From: an uncultured Alphaproteobacteria bacterium
GTDB taxonomy: Bacteria > Pseudomonadota > Alphaproteobacteria > CAWJRW01
Reading direction: 5' to 3'
Assembly (NCBI GenBank): GCA_963845385.1
Contig: CAWJRW010000008.1
Coordinates: forward strand, 2,399 to 66,398
Length of the DNA: 64,000 nucleotides
The position numbers and the translations under genes are program-made. Shown here in pieces: positions 22,476-32,692 of this stretch. The notes under the pieces are model-generated. The model searched no databases and was not told the origin of the DNA. It was given only the letters and a program-made list of their open reading frames with translations. Position 1 is the stretch's first letter. The number at the start of each line of letters is the position of its first letter.

Positions 22476-22479
<4 letters not shown>

Positions 22480-24627
22480 AGCGCCTCCACATCTCCTTCG
22501 GAGAAATCCGCGACCTTGTGGAGCGTATCGCGGATTTGGGAGAGAAGGAGCAAACGATTCTTGCGCAAGCCCGCGTCGTCGGTGTTGACGGTCACCTTGT
22601 CGAAGAAGCGGTCGACGGGCGCGCGCAGCTTCGCCATGGCGCTCATGGCGCCGTCGAAGCGTTCGCGCTCGAGCTCGGCGACCACGAGCTCCTTGACTTC
22701 GGCGATGGCGACCGCAAGCGCCTTTTCTTCGGGCAGGCCTGCGCGCGCGATGAGCTCGGGATCGGGATGGCCCGTGTAGCTCGTCGCGTCCTTCTTTTCC
22801 TCGATGCGCAAGATGTTCGCCGCGCGGCGATAGCCCACGAGCAGGTTCGCGCCGTCGTCGGTGACGAGAAACTTCTGCAGCGCCTCGACGCGCTTCATGA
22901 GACGCACGAGATCGTCCTCGCCGCCGAGCGCGAACACCGCGTCGATGAGATCGTGCCGCACGCCCTTCTCGCGCAGCGCCACTTTCAAGCGGTCGGCGAA
23001 GAAGGCGAGAAGATCCTTCTTCACCTCTCCAACCGGAAGTCCGCCTTCGGTGCCCACTTCGACATTCAAGGCAAGAATGCTCGCTCGTCTGATCGGCTTT
23101 TCGAGCGCAATGCCGCAGATCGTTCTCCAGCACGAGCCGGATCACGCCGAGAGCGGCGCGGCGCAGCGCAAAGGGGTCTTTCGATCCCGTCGGCCGTTCA
23201 TCGATCATCCAAAATCGAACCAGGGTGTCGAGCTTGTCGGCGAGCGCGACGGCAACGGAGACGGGCTGAGGACGGACATTCGTCGGACGGGCCTAGCGGC
23301 TTGTAATGCTCTTCGACGGCTTCGGCCACGGCCGGAAGCTCGCCGTCATGGAGCGCGTAATAGCGGCCCATGACGCCCTGCAGCTCGGGAAACTCGCCCA
23401 CCATTTGCGTCGTGAGATCGGCCTTGGCGAGCCGCGCCGCGCGCTCGGCTTCCTCGGCGTCCGCGCCGACCACAGGCGCAAGCTCGCGCGCGAGCGCCGC
23501 CATGCGCTCGGCCTTCTCGCGCAGTGTGCCGAGCTTGGCGTGGAAGACGATGTTCTGGAGCGCGTCGACGCGGCTCTCGAGCTTCTTCTTGCGGTCCTGA
23601 TCCCAGAAGAATTTGGCGTCCGATAAGCCGCGCGCGCAGCACGCGCTCATTGCCCGCGACGATGGCCTCGCCGCCGTCCTTCGCGTCCAGATTGGCGACC
23701 AGAATAAAGCGCGGCGCGAGCAGCCCGGTCTTCGGATCGCGCAAGGAAAAATATTTCTGATGCCGGCGCATGGCGGTGACGAGCACTTCGTGAGGAAGGC
23801 CGCCCCCCGACGCCGGATGGCGTCCGCCATCAATGTCGAGAGGCGCGACAAACGCGTCGTCGATCTTGCCCATGAGCACGACCGGCCATTCGACGAGGCC
23901 CGCGACTTCCGAGAGCAGCGCGTCGTCTTCCACCAGCGCATAGCCCGCTTCTTTCGCCAGCGCCTGCGCGCCCTCCAAGACGATGCGCCGCCGCTCGGCG
24001 GCATCGAGAACGACGCGCGCCTTGCGCAAATGCTTTTCGTAGTCGGCGAAATCCTTGACCGCGAAATTCTCCGGCGCGTGGAAGCGGTGGCCGCGCGTCT
24101 CGTTGCCGCTCTTAATGCCGTCGATCTCGATGGGCACGACCTTGCCGCCGAAGAGACAGAGCACCGAATGCAGCGGCCGCACCCAGCGCAGATCGCCCTC
24201 GCCCCGGCGCATGGATTTCGGCCAGGGGAAAGCCGCTCACGATTTCCGGGACGATACGCGCCGCGACCTCGGCCGCCGGCGCGCCGCGGCGCTCGATGAC
24301 CGCGAAGAGATAGTCGCCCTTCGGATCTTTTCGCGTCTCCACTTGCTCGCGCGTGAGCCCCACCGAACGCAAGAAACCATCCACGGCTTGGGCGGGCGCG
24401 TCCACCCTCGGTCCTTTCTTCTCCTCGCGCCGGTCGGGCTGGCGCGCGGGCAAGTCCTCCATGACGAGCGCAAGGCGACGCGGGCCCGCGAAGCTCTGCA
24501 CGGATTTCGCGTCGAGGCCCTCGGCTTTCAGGCGCTCGGTCATCAGGCGGGCGAGATCCTCGGCGGCGCGCCCTTGCATGCGCGCGGGGATCTCTTCGGA
24601 GAAGAGTTCGAGCAAGAGCTCAGGCAT
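22476..24627 (-). pseudogene. glyS: glycine--tRNA ligase beta subunit, four apparent frameshifts (24225-24228, near 23624, 23281, 23113)
   Basis: ATG 24627 ([18 protein letters not shown]). Pieces come from ORFs 24112..24672, 23346..24212, 23198..24004, 22150..23208 and 22476..23069. Stitched, they read continuously (..[21 protein letters not shown].., ..[12 protein letters not shown].., ..[32 protein letters not shown].., ..[10 protein letters not shown]). Confidence 0.92.
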
Positions 24628-24632
24628 GGGGC

Positions 24633-25547
24633 TTATAGGCGCCGCGATCGGACGCAAGCCAGCGCTTCGCACGCGGCCTTGGCCAGCGCGCGCACGCGCC
24701 CGATATAGGCCGCGCGCTCGGTCACGCTGATGACGCCCCGCGCGTCAAGCAGATTAAAGCAGTGGCTCGCCTTGATGCATTGATCGTAAGCGGGCAGCGC
24801 AAGCTTCGCTTCGATGAGCGCGCGGCACTCCTTCTCCGCGTCCTCGAAATGGCGGAAGAGAAGCGCGGTATCGGCGCGCTCGAAATTGTAAGCCGAATAT
24901 TCCCGCTCGGCCTGGTGGAACACTTGGCCATAGCGCACGTACTCATCGGCTTTGCCGGTTGGGGCGTTGAAGGCGAGATCGTAGACATTGTCCACGCCCT
25001 GGACATACATGGCGAGCCGCTCGAGCCCGTAGGTGATCTCGCCCGAGACCGGCCGGCAATCGATGCCGCCCACCTGCTGGAAATAGGTGAACTGCGTGAT
25101 CTCCATGCCGTCGCACCAGACTTCCCAGCCGAGCCCCCAGGCGCCGAGCGTCGGGCTTTCCCAATCGTCCTCGACGAAGCGGATGTCGTGGATGGACGGA
25201 TCGATGCCGATCTCGGTGAGGCTCTCGAGATAGAGATCCTGAAGATCCGGAGGCGATGGCTTCAGAATCACCTGAAACTGATAGTAATGCTGCAAGCGAT
25301 TGGGATTTTCGCCATAGCGCCCGTCGGTGGGCCGGCGCGAGGGTTGCACATAGGCCGCGCGCCAAGGCTCGGAGCCGAGCGCGCGCAGCGTCGTCGCCGG
25401 ATGAAAGGTGGCCGCGCCCATCTCCAGGTCATAGGGCTGCAGGATGAGACAGCCCCGCGCCGCCCAATATTGCTGCAGCGTCAGAATGAGCCCTTGGAGC
25501 GAGCGATCGGCTTTCTTCGAAGCGGTGCCGGGGCGGCCGGAGGGCAT
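24633..25547 (-). CDS. glyQ: glycine--tRNA ligase alpha subunit
   Basis: Intact [35 protein letters not shown]. Confidence 0.95.
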   Translation of the reverse strand: MPSGRPGTASKKADRSLQGLILTLQQYWAARGCLILQPYDLEMGAATFHPATTLRALGSEPWRAAYVQPSRRPTDGRYGENPNRLQHYYQFQVILKPSPPDLQDLYLESLTEIGIDPSIHDIRFVEDDWESPTLGAWGLGWEVWCDGMEITQFTYFQQVGGIDCRPVSGEITYGLERLAMYVQGVDNVYDLAFNAPTGKADEYVRYGQVFHQAEREYSAYNFERADTALLFRHFEDAEKECRALIEAKLALPAYDQCIKASHCFNLLDARGVISVTERAAYIGRVRALAKAACEALACVRSRRL

Positions 25548-25705
25548 GGGGCGAGTGACGATCAGTTGTGGGACGCGCGGGACTTAAGCCCGGGTGCGCC
25601 CTGCGGTCAAGGCAAGGGAACCGAGAGGCCTGCCCGCGACGCGTTGTTCATGCCAAGTTCAGTGCCGGCAAGCGCAAATCCAACGACTCAGCTAGAAAGG
25701 CTTTG

Positions 25706-26320
25706 ATGATGCTGCGGAGCTTCCCTGCGCTCGTCCTTTGTTTCCTCGCGGCCGCCTGCGCGACGCCGAGCGACACGATCTCGATCGCGTATTTCCCTCA
25801 AGCGGGCGAGCGCGTATCGAGCGCGCCGCGCGGCGAAGTTTACGTCACGGCCTCAGACGCCCGCGGGCTCGATGCGAGAGCCGTCGCCGCGCGCCTCGAC
25901 AAGGACGGCAATGAGATCGGCACCATCCGCGCGGACAGGGACGTGGCGGAGATTTTCCGCAGCGCCGTCGAGAGCGAATTGAAGGCCCGCGGCTTCGACA
26001 TCGGCTCGGGCGCGAGAGACGGCGCTCATGTCGATATCCAGGTCGAGCGCTTTTTCAACCGCGCGCATTCGGGCGTCTTCTCGGGCAAGGCCACGGCCGA
26101 CGTCGCGCTCAGCGCGACCGTGTCGAGCACGCCCTCCGCGCCCTCCTACACGCGCCATGTCGCCATCGAAGGCAAGAAGCCGAGCGCCAAGCTTGTCGGC
26201 GGAGTCAACGACAAGCTCGCGCTGGAGAACGGCCTCGCCGACGCCATCGCCGAGCTCACGGACGATCACGCCTTCATGGGTGCCCTCGACGAGGCCGCTC
26301 GGCCGGGCCCTCTGAACTAA
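25706..26320 (+). CDS. lipoprotein (YajG-like layout, low-information call)
   Basis: Frame of ORF 25568..26320 from ATG 25706. MMLRSFPALVLCFLAAAC is a lipobox. Confidence 0.6.
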   Translation: MMLRSFPALVLCFLAAACATPSDTISIAYFPQAGERVSSAPRGEVYVTASDARGLDARAVAARLDKDGNEIGTIRADRDVAEIFRSAVESELKARGFDIGSGARDGAHVDIQVERFFNRAHSGVFSGKATADVALSATVSSTPSAPSYTRHVAIEGKKPSAKLVGGVNDKLALENGLADAIAELTDDHAFMGALDEAARPGPLN

Positions 26321-26739
26321 ACCGCCGTCCGCCGGGTTCGGCCGAGCCGTCGCGTACGACGCTTTGGCCGCGGGCGCGCGGCCGCTCGGCCAACAAAACC
26401 CTCTGCCTCGCCGGCCTCGCTCCGCACCGTCTTGATTCGCGCGAGCTCCTTCCTCATGCGGCGCTTGGCGTGCCACAGGTCGTAGGCTTGCTGCATATTG
26501 AGCCAGAGGTCGGGCCCGTTGCCGCACAGCTTGCCGATGCGGAGCGCCATCTCGGGCGTCACCGGATGCGTCTCCGCCAGCACGCGATGCAAGTGCTGGC
26601 GCGTGACGCCGAGGCGGCGCGCCATCTCGGACACGGAGATCCCCAGAGCTGGCAGCACCGGCTCGCGTAAGAGCGCGCCCGGATGGGTCGGCTCCCGATC
26701 AGGCTCACCGCGAACGTAATAGACCTTGGCCATGGCCAC
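26317..26739 (-). CDS. higA: HigA-family antitoxin (XRE HTH)
   Basis: ORF 26317..26739. ISVSEMARRLGVTRQHLHRVLAETHPVTPEMALRIGKLCG..PDLWLNMQQAYDL. Lies 13 nt downstream of higB and has a basic C-terminal tail. Confidence 0.85.
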   Translation of the reverse strand: MAMAKVYYVRGEPDREPTHPGALLREPVLPALGISVSEMARRLGVTRQHLHRVLAETHPVTPEMALRIGKLCGNGPDLWLNMQQAYDLWHAKRRMRKELARIKTVRSEAGEAEGFVGRAAARPRPKRRTRRLGRTRRTAV

Positions 26740-26752
26740 TCTCCACGAATTC

Positions 26753-27034
26753 TCAGTGATAATTCACAAGGTCGATATCGAACGCCTCTCCGGTCACTTC
26801 ATCCCAGCCGAAGGTAATGCACCACGGACCGTTGACGTGCATAGAATAGCGCACCGGCGTGCCGCGCAGCTTGTGAAAGCGGACTCCCGGCAAGTTCAGT
26901 TGTTCAAGAACCGAGGAGCGGGCCATCGCATCGAGTCGCGCAAGGCACCGCTTCTGCAAACTGGGCTGCACGCCCGCGCTCTTGCCGGTCCAGTAGAGCT
27001 CTCGCAAGGTCTTATGCCGGAAGCTGCGAATCAT
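26753..27034 (-). CDS. higB: HigB-type toxin (plasmid maintenance system killer, RelE/ParE superfamily)
   Basis: ORF 26753..27064 trimmed to ATG 27034. MIRSFRHKTLRELYWTGKSAGVQP.., LPGVRFHKLRG, ending ..DLVNYH. Confidence 0.85.
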   Translation of the reverse strand: MIRSFRHKTLRELYWTGKSAGVQPSLQKRCLARLDAMARSSVLEQLNLPGVRFHKLRGTPVRYSMHVNGPWCITFGWDEVTGEAFDIDLVNYH

Positions 27035-27097
27035 ACTTGTAACAAGGCTTGTTACAGTTGTCAAGCCGCCGATCAGAGAACGCAGACAGCAGGCTGG

Positions 27098-27974
27098 CTA
27101 TAAGCCGAAGCGCTGCCAGATGGCGCGCGCTTCCAGCGCCGAGAACGCATCGTCGAGGACGGCGGCGGGAGTCCAACGCGGGCTCGAAAACGCGCCCGGC
27201 CATTCGAGCACATTGAGGCGGCGCCGGAAGGGGCCGCGCTCGAGCGGCAGCACGCGAAATCTCACCTTGTCGCCGAAGCGCGCGCGCATGACGCCGCGCA
27301 GATCGCCCACGCCGTCGATGAGCCCGAGATCGCGCGCCCGCGCGCCGGTCCAGAACTCGCCGGAAAAGAGCTCCTCCTCCGTGGCCTTGAGCTTTGCGCC
27401 CCGCCGCTCGCGTACCAGCGCCTTGAAGGCCTCGTGCACTTCGCGCTGCACGGTTTGGAGCCTCTGCACCTCGTCTTCGTCTACGGGCTTGAAGGGATCG
27501 AGCAGAACCTTGCGCGCGCCGGCGGTGTAGAGCCGCCGCTCGATGCCGAGCTTGCTCATGAGATCCTGAAAGCCGAAGCCCGCGGCAATGACGCCGATGG
27601 AGCCCACGATGGAGCCTTCGGTGGCGTAGATCTCGTCCGCGGCGCAGGCGAGCATGTAGCCGCCGGAGGCCGCCACGTCCTCGGCGAAGGCAAAGACCGG
27701 GAATCTCCTTCTCGCGCGACAGGCTCCGGATGCGCGAGAACACGAGCATGGCTTGCGCGGCCGAGCCGCCGGGCGAGTTGACGGCAAGCGCCACGGCTTT
27801 GACGTCGCTCATCGAGAAGGCGCGCTCGATGGCGCCGCCCAGCGTGTTGAGATTGAGCGCCGTGGTTAGCCGCCCTTGCGCGGCGATGACGCCGGACAGT
27901 TTCAGCACCGAGACGACCGGCGCCCCCGGTCCCATCGGCAGCATGCTTCTCACAAACGGCCAGATCGCGCCCAT
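27098..27974 (-). pseudogene. S49-family signal peptide peptidase (SppA-like), one apparent frameshift at the GGG run 27710-27712
   Basis: ATG 27974 (MGAIWPF.. VLKLSGVIAA.. AVALAVNSPGGSAAQ) in the frame of ORF 27012..28028. Continues in ORF 27098..27787 (VFAFAEDVAASGGYMLACAADEIYA..). Confidence 0.85.
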
Positions 27975-28028
27975 GAATCCGTCCTCGGCGGCATTAAAGG
28001 CTTGCGAGCCGTGTGCTTGCAAGCGCAC

Positions 28029-28814
28029 TCAAGCGAGCAACAGCGGCGCCCCGTGGCGCAAGATCGCCTCGGCTTCGGGCGTATAGCGGCCGTCCTCTTC
28101 GTGCAGCACGAGGCCCGGCAGAAGCGCGAGCGGCGCGCGCGCGCCTTTTTTCGCGCAGACGATGATGCGCTTGGCGGCGACCCCTCGACGCGGCCAGAGC
28201 GGCAAGACGCGCAGTGCCCCGGCCCGCGTCTCGAGGACAGAGAGGATCGTGGCCAGGCGCTCGGCGCGCTGGATCACGCTCACCGTGCCGCCGTCTCTCA
28301 CATGGTCGAGACAGAAATCGAGCCACAAGGAAAGAAGCCCCGGCTCGCCGCGCCGCGCGCGATCAAGACCCTCGTCCGCCGCGGGCAGCGACTTGCCGTC
28401 CTCGTGAAAGGGCGGATTGACGAAAGCGTGATCGAAGCTTGCGCGCTCGAGGCCCGCAGGCGCTGTCGCGACGTCGCCTTCGAGGACGGCGATGCGCTCT
28501 TCCATGCCGTTGCGTGCGGCATTCCGCCGCGCGAGCGTTGCGAGCGCAGGCTCGATCTCGAGGCCCGTGATGTGCGTGGCTTCGACGCGGCGCGCGAGGC
28601 AGAGTGCGGCGACGCCCGCGCCCATGCCGGGCTCGATGAGGCGGGAGCCGGGCTCGGCCGGCACGCTCGCGGCCAAAAGCACCGAATCGGTGCCGGCGCG
28701 AAAGCCGCGAGCAGGTTGCAGCACCGAAAGCGCGCCGCCCAGAAAGGCATCGTCGGTGAGCGAAAGGCGCGCGTTCTCAGTCGGCAAGCTCTCTTTCAAG
28801 ACCCGCCTCCACAA
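28029..28814 (-). CDS. N6-adenine-type SAM methyltransferase (tRNA m6A37 TrmN6/YfiC-like)
   Basis: ORF 28029..28814 (TTG start as listed; the real start may be further in). LIEPGMGAGVAALCLA and the catalytic NPPF. Confidence 0.7.
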   Translation of the reverse strand: MWRRVLKESLPTENARLSLTDDAFLGGALSVLQPARGFRAGTDSVLLAASVPAEPGSRLIEPGMGAGVAALCLARRVEATHITGLEIEPALATLARRNAARNGMEERIAVLEGDVATAPAGLERASFDHAFVNPPFHEDGKSLPAADEGLDRARRGEPGLLSLWLDFCLDHVRDGGTVSVIQRAERLATILSVLETRAGALRVLPLWPRRGVAAKRIIVCAKKGARAPLALLPGLVLHEEDGRYTPEAEAILRHGAPLLLA

Positions 28815-28998
28815 GAAGCTGCCGTGCGCGCGAAGCCTCCGCGTCGGCCACGAGAAGCCGCCGCGGCAGGAGTGCCAAGCTGCCTTCGAGCACGCTCATA
28901 TGCGTGTCGGCGATCACGGTCTTAATTCCGGCCTCGCGCAGGACGGAGTCCGCGAACGACAAAACGACCACATTGGTTGTCTGCAGAAGCGTGACCAT
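28777..28998 (-). CDS. small DUF2007-like protein
   Basis: ORF 28777..29028 trimmed to ATG 28998 (MVTLLQTTNVVVLSF..). Low-information assignment. Confidence 0.5.
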   Translation of the reverse strand: MVTLLQTTNVVVLSFADSVLREAGIKTVIADTHMSVLEGSLALLPRRLLVADAEASRARQLLVEAGLERELAD

Positions 28999-29134
28999 CG
29001 AAGCTCTTCGACCTTGCATTCCGTTCACGGCGGCGCGATCCGCGCCCGGCTGCCGCCCGGCTGCCCTTGACCGCCATTTGGGCGGCCACCTATGCTCGGC
29101 GCGTCACAGTCTAACGGAAAGCACGAGGCCGGGC

Positions 29135-30154
29135 TTGGATTTTGCGATCTCGGTAGAGTCCGGTAAGCGCAACGACGAGGCCGCCGTCGATCGGCTTCAG
29201 GCGCTCCTTGCCGCTGATCTCGAGCAGGTCAACGCTCTCATTCTGGAAGGGATGCAGAGCCCGGTGGGCCTCATCCCCGAGCTTGCGAGCCACATCGTGG
29301 CCTCGGGCGGCAAGCGCCTGCGCCCGCTCGTCACGCTCGCCGCGGCACGGCTCTGCGGCTATCAGGGCGAGCATCACTTGCGGCTCGCGGCCACGGTCGA
29401 GTTCATCCACACGGCGACCCTTCTCCACGACGACGTGATCGACGCGAGCGCGCTCCGGCGCGGACGGGCCACAGCCAACATCGTGTGGGGCAATCAGCCG
29501 AGCGTGCTCGTCGGCGACTTCCTGTTCAGCCGCGCCTTCCAGCTCATGGTCGAGGTGGGATCGCTCGACATTTTGCGCGTCTTGTCGAACGCCGCGGCGG
29601 TGATCGCCGAAGGCGAGGTGCTGCAGCTCGTCTCGGCGCACAATCTCGCCACCGACGAGGCGACCTACATGGCGGTGATCGAAGCCAAGACCGCGGCTTT
29701 GTTCGCGGCGGCCGCGCGCATCGGCGCCATGGTCGCCGGCCGCAGCGACGGCGAAGCAAGAACGCTCGAAGCCTTCGGCCGCGATCTCGGCATTGCCTAT
29801 CAGCTCGTCGACGACGTGCTCGACTATGTCGGCCGCGAGGCCTTGCTCGGCAAGACCGTGGGTGACGACTTCCGCGAAGGCAAGATCACGCTGCCCGTCG
29901 TGCTCACCAATCGCCGGGGCAACGACGAGGAGCGCGCTTTTTGGCAACGCACGCTCGTGCAAGGCGCGCAGACGGCGGCCGACTTCGCCGCCGCCCGGCG
30001 GCTCCTCGAGCGGCACGGCGCCATCGACGACACCATGGTGCAGGCGCGCCGCTTTGCGCGCCGCGCCGGCGAAGCGCTCGCCACCTTCCCCGACAACATC
30101 TATCGGCGCGCGCTCGCCGATCTCTTGGATTTCGCCGTCGAGCGCGCCTATTAG
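29135..30154 (+). CDS. ispB: long-chain polyprenyl (octaprenyl-type) diphosphate synthase
   Basis: Frame of ORF 28904..30154. There is no ATG before the conserved core, so TTG 29135 is proposed. LLHDDVIDASALRRG and YQLVDDVLDY. Confidence 0.85.
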   Translation: MDFAISVESGKRNDEAAVDRLQALLAADLEQVNALILEGMQSPVGLIPELASHIVASGGKRLRPLVTLAAARLCGYQGEHHLRLAATVEFIHTATLLHDDVIDASALRRGRATANIVWGNQPSVLVGDFLFSRAFQLMVEVGSLDILRVLSNAAAVIAEGEVLQLVSAHNLATDEATYMAVIEAKTAALFAAAARIGAMVAGRSDGEARTLEAFGRDLGIAYQLVDDVLDYVGREALLGKTVGDDFREGKITLPVVLTNRRGNDEERAFWQRTLVQGAQTAADFAAARRLLERHGAIDDTMVQARRFARRAGEALATFPDNIYRRALADLLDFAVERAY

Positions 30155-30179
30155 GCGGGCGCCCTGCGCCGCCTTCCGT

Positions 30180-30563
30180 TCAGTTCCTGCTGACGCCGAA
30201 CGTGCCGTAAAGGCTCGTGTTCATCTCGATGGGAATGCCGACGCTGTAGGCGCGGAGGTCCCGGCAGAGATTCTGATCGGCATTGGGACGGCCGCAGAAC
30301 AGGATCCCGTCCGCCCAGTTGTCGCCGAACTTGGCGACGGCGACCGGCCCCGACGTCACCCAATGAAGCGTCTTGCTGTCCATGCGCAGGAAATAGACGG
30401 GCGACTTGCCCGCGGGATCGGGGCCGTTGCTGAAGGCCACGAGACCCTTGAAGCGCGGATCCTGGAGGTTGAACACCTCCGCCGAAGCCGCCGTCGCGGC
30501 GAGCGTGAGGACCAGCGAGGCGAGCGTGAATAATGCAAGGCGACGGTATTTGGGCGTTGCCAT
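30180..30563 (-). CDS. secreted hypothetical protein (127 aa)
   Basis: Tail of ORF 30180..32171 from ATG 30563. Signal peptide MATPKYRRLALFTLASLVLTLAATAASA. Two Cys, no domain recognised. Confidence 0.6.
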   Translation of the reverse strand: MATPKYRRLALFTLASLVLTLAATAASAEVFNLQDPRFKGLVAFSNGPDPAGKSPVYFLRMDSKTLHWVTSGPVAVAKFGDNWADGILFCGRPNADQNLCRDLRAYSVGIPIEMNTSLYGTFGVSRN

Positions 30564-30697
30564 CGGGTTCACTCCTGTCGTGAGCAAAGCGGCAGGGCGG
30601 ATACGAGCCCATATACCGCGCTTGGAGTTTTGCCCGAGGCGTCTCAAGGAAGGTAAAGAGGAAGGCCAGCGCGAGTAATCGTCCCGGTACGAGGCGC

Positions 30698-31754
30698 TCA
30701 GCTTTTCGCGAATACTTGGCGACCATTGGCAAAGCGGTAAGCAAGAAAGGCAAGGCCGCCCATCAGCGCGACGAGAAGGCCGAGAATAAGCGGCCCCTGG
30801 CTCGCATAGCGGAGCTGCACCGCCACGCCCGCCACGGCGCAAAGGAGCGCGAGCGAGAAGTAGAGAGCGCTCACTTGCGCGTGGCTCAAGCCCCGCGCGC
30901 ACGAGAAGTTGGTAAACGTGATCGCGATGCGGCTTCGTCACGTCCTCGCCGCGGAGCGCGCGCAGCGCGAGCGTCAAGACCGCGTCGAACAGGAGCGGCA
31001 GAATAAGGATCGGCACGAGCCAGGCCGACATCTTGCCCCCCTCCTCGCCCGCGCCGATAACGGCGAGCGTCGAGAGCACGAAGCCCAGGAATTGGCTTCC
31101 CGTGTCGCCGAGAAAAATCCGCCCCCAGGGAAAATTGTGCACGAAGAAGCCCGCCGTGGCGCCGACGAGAACGAGCGCCGCGAGATAGACGAAAGGCGCG
31201 TCCGAGAGCAGAGCAAGGATCGCGAGCGTCGCCGCCGCGATGATGGCCGTGCCCGAGACGAGCCCGTTGATGCCGTCCATGAAATTGACGAGGTTCATCA
31301 CGCCCACGATCCACAACACCGTGGCGAAGCTGCCCAGGAGCCCGAGATCGACGATGCCCAAGCCCGGCAAGCTCACGGTCTCAAAGCGCGCGACGGCGGT
31401 GGTGAAAATCCCGGCACAGAAGATCTGCACGGTGAGCTTGAGCGAAGGCGGCATCGGCTTCAGATCGTCGATCAGGGCCGCGACGACGAGAAGCCCCGCA
31501 AGCCCGAGATAGACGAGAAATCCGTGCTCGGAGAGCCTCACCGCGCTGCTCAAGAAAAAGAGCGCCGTGACGCCGAGGAAGAAGCTGAGCGCGACCGCGA
31601 GCCCGCCGCCTTTCGGCGTCGGCCGCGCATGGCTCGAGCGCGCATTGGGGATGTCGGCGATGTTGAGGCGGACCATCCCTTCAGTCAGCGCCGCCGACAG
31701 CAAGAAAAGCGCGAAGGTAAATCCCACATGAGTGGCGAGAACGTCGGCCGTCAT
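30698..31754 (-). pseudogene. glycosyltransferase family 4 (MraY/WecA-like polyprenyl-phosphate sugar-1-P transferase), one apparent frameshift near 30888
   Basis: ATG 31754 (ATGA overlap with the ispE stop). Polytopic, with NLVNFMDGINGL and FLGDTGSQFLG. The C-terminal 62 aa are ORF 30698..30889. Confidence 0.85.
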
Positions 31755-32692
31755 GAGCTTGCCGCGGCCTCGGAGGAAAGCAGGCGCGCGGGTCTCACCC
31801 ACCAGGCGGGCTCGGCCCGCGCAATGGCGTGGGCGGCGCGCTCGGCCGCCGCGCGTGCGGCAAAGACGCCGAAGCACGTGGCGCCCGATCCGGACATGCG
31901 CGCAAGCGCGCAATCCTCTTGCGCGCCGAGCGCCTTCAAGGCTCGCGCGATCGCGGGACAAAGCGCGATGGCCGGGGCCTCGAGATCGTTGCAGGTATCC
32001 TTGAGCCTTGCGATCAGCGCCAATTCGTCCGCCCACGGACCTTTTGGAAAAGCCCGCGCGGGCGACTTGTCCAAGGCGCCGGACGCCGCGAAGGCGCGGT
32101 AGACTTCCGGCGTCACCAAGCCCTGGCCGGGATTGACGAGCACGAGAGAAAGCGCGGGCAAAGCTTTGCAATCCTCCACCACCTCGCCCACCCCCGAGAC
32201 GAAGGCGGGCCGTCCGCGGAGGCAGACGGGCAGGTCCGAGCCCAGCGTGAGGCCGATTTGCGCGAGCGCGGTTTCGGCGAGCCCGAGCGCCCAGAGGCCG
32301 TTCAAGAGATGAAGCGCCGCCGCCGCATCCGACGAGCCGCCGCCGATGCCGCTCGCCACCGGCAATTCCTTGTCCAGCACGAGCCTTGCCCCTGGCGTCG
32401 CGCCCGTGCGGGCCTGGAGGCTCCGGGCCGCGCGCATGACGAGATTGGTGTCGTGCTCGGATGTTGCTGCGTTGAGAGCGCCGGCGAACGAGCCCTGAAC
32501 GACGAGCGAAAGCTCGGGCGCGCGCTCGGCGGAGAGCTCATCGCCGATATCGGTGAAGGCGACGAGGCTTTCGAGGAGATGAAAACCGTCGCCGCGCCGG
32601 CCGACGATGTGCAGAAAGAGATTGATCTTGGCCGGCGCGCGCCGCGTCAAGCGGAGTGCGTCACTCCCGCCTCGCGCGCGCTCCCCCGACAT
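31751..32692 (-). CDS. ispE: 4-(cytidine 5'-diphospho)-2-C-methyl-D-erythritol kinase
   Basis: Frame of ORF 31751..33208 from ATG 32692. APAKINLFLHIVGRRGDGFHLLESL and GIGGGSSDAAA. Confidence 0.9.
   Translation of the reverse strand: MSGERARGGSDALRLTRRAPAKINLFLHIVGRRGDGFHLLESLVAFTDIGDELSAERAPELSLVVQGSFAGALNAATSEHDTNLVMRAARSLQARTGATPGARLVLDKELPVASGIGGGSSDAAAALHLLNGLWALGLAETALAQIGLTLGSDLPVCLRGRPAFVSGVGEVVEDCKALPALSLVLVNPGQGLVTPEVYRAFAASGALDKSPARAFPKGPWADELALIARLKDTCNDLEAPAIALCPAIARALKALGAQEDCALARMSGSGATCFGVFAARAAAERAAHAIARAEPAWWVRPARLLSSEAAASS

Noticed and set aside
30180-32171. A 663-aa ORF spanning the ispE end, the GT4 gene and a small secreted protein.
   Set aside because: It is a composite read-through: a GT4 core, out-of-frame sequence after the indel near 30888, intergenic DNA, then the 127-aa secreted protein. 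I split it into separate features.
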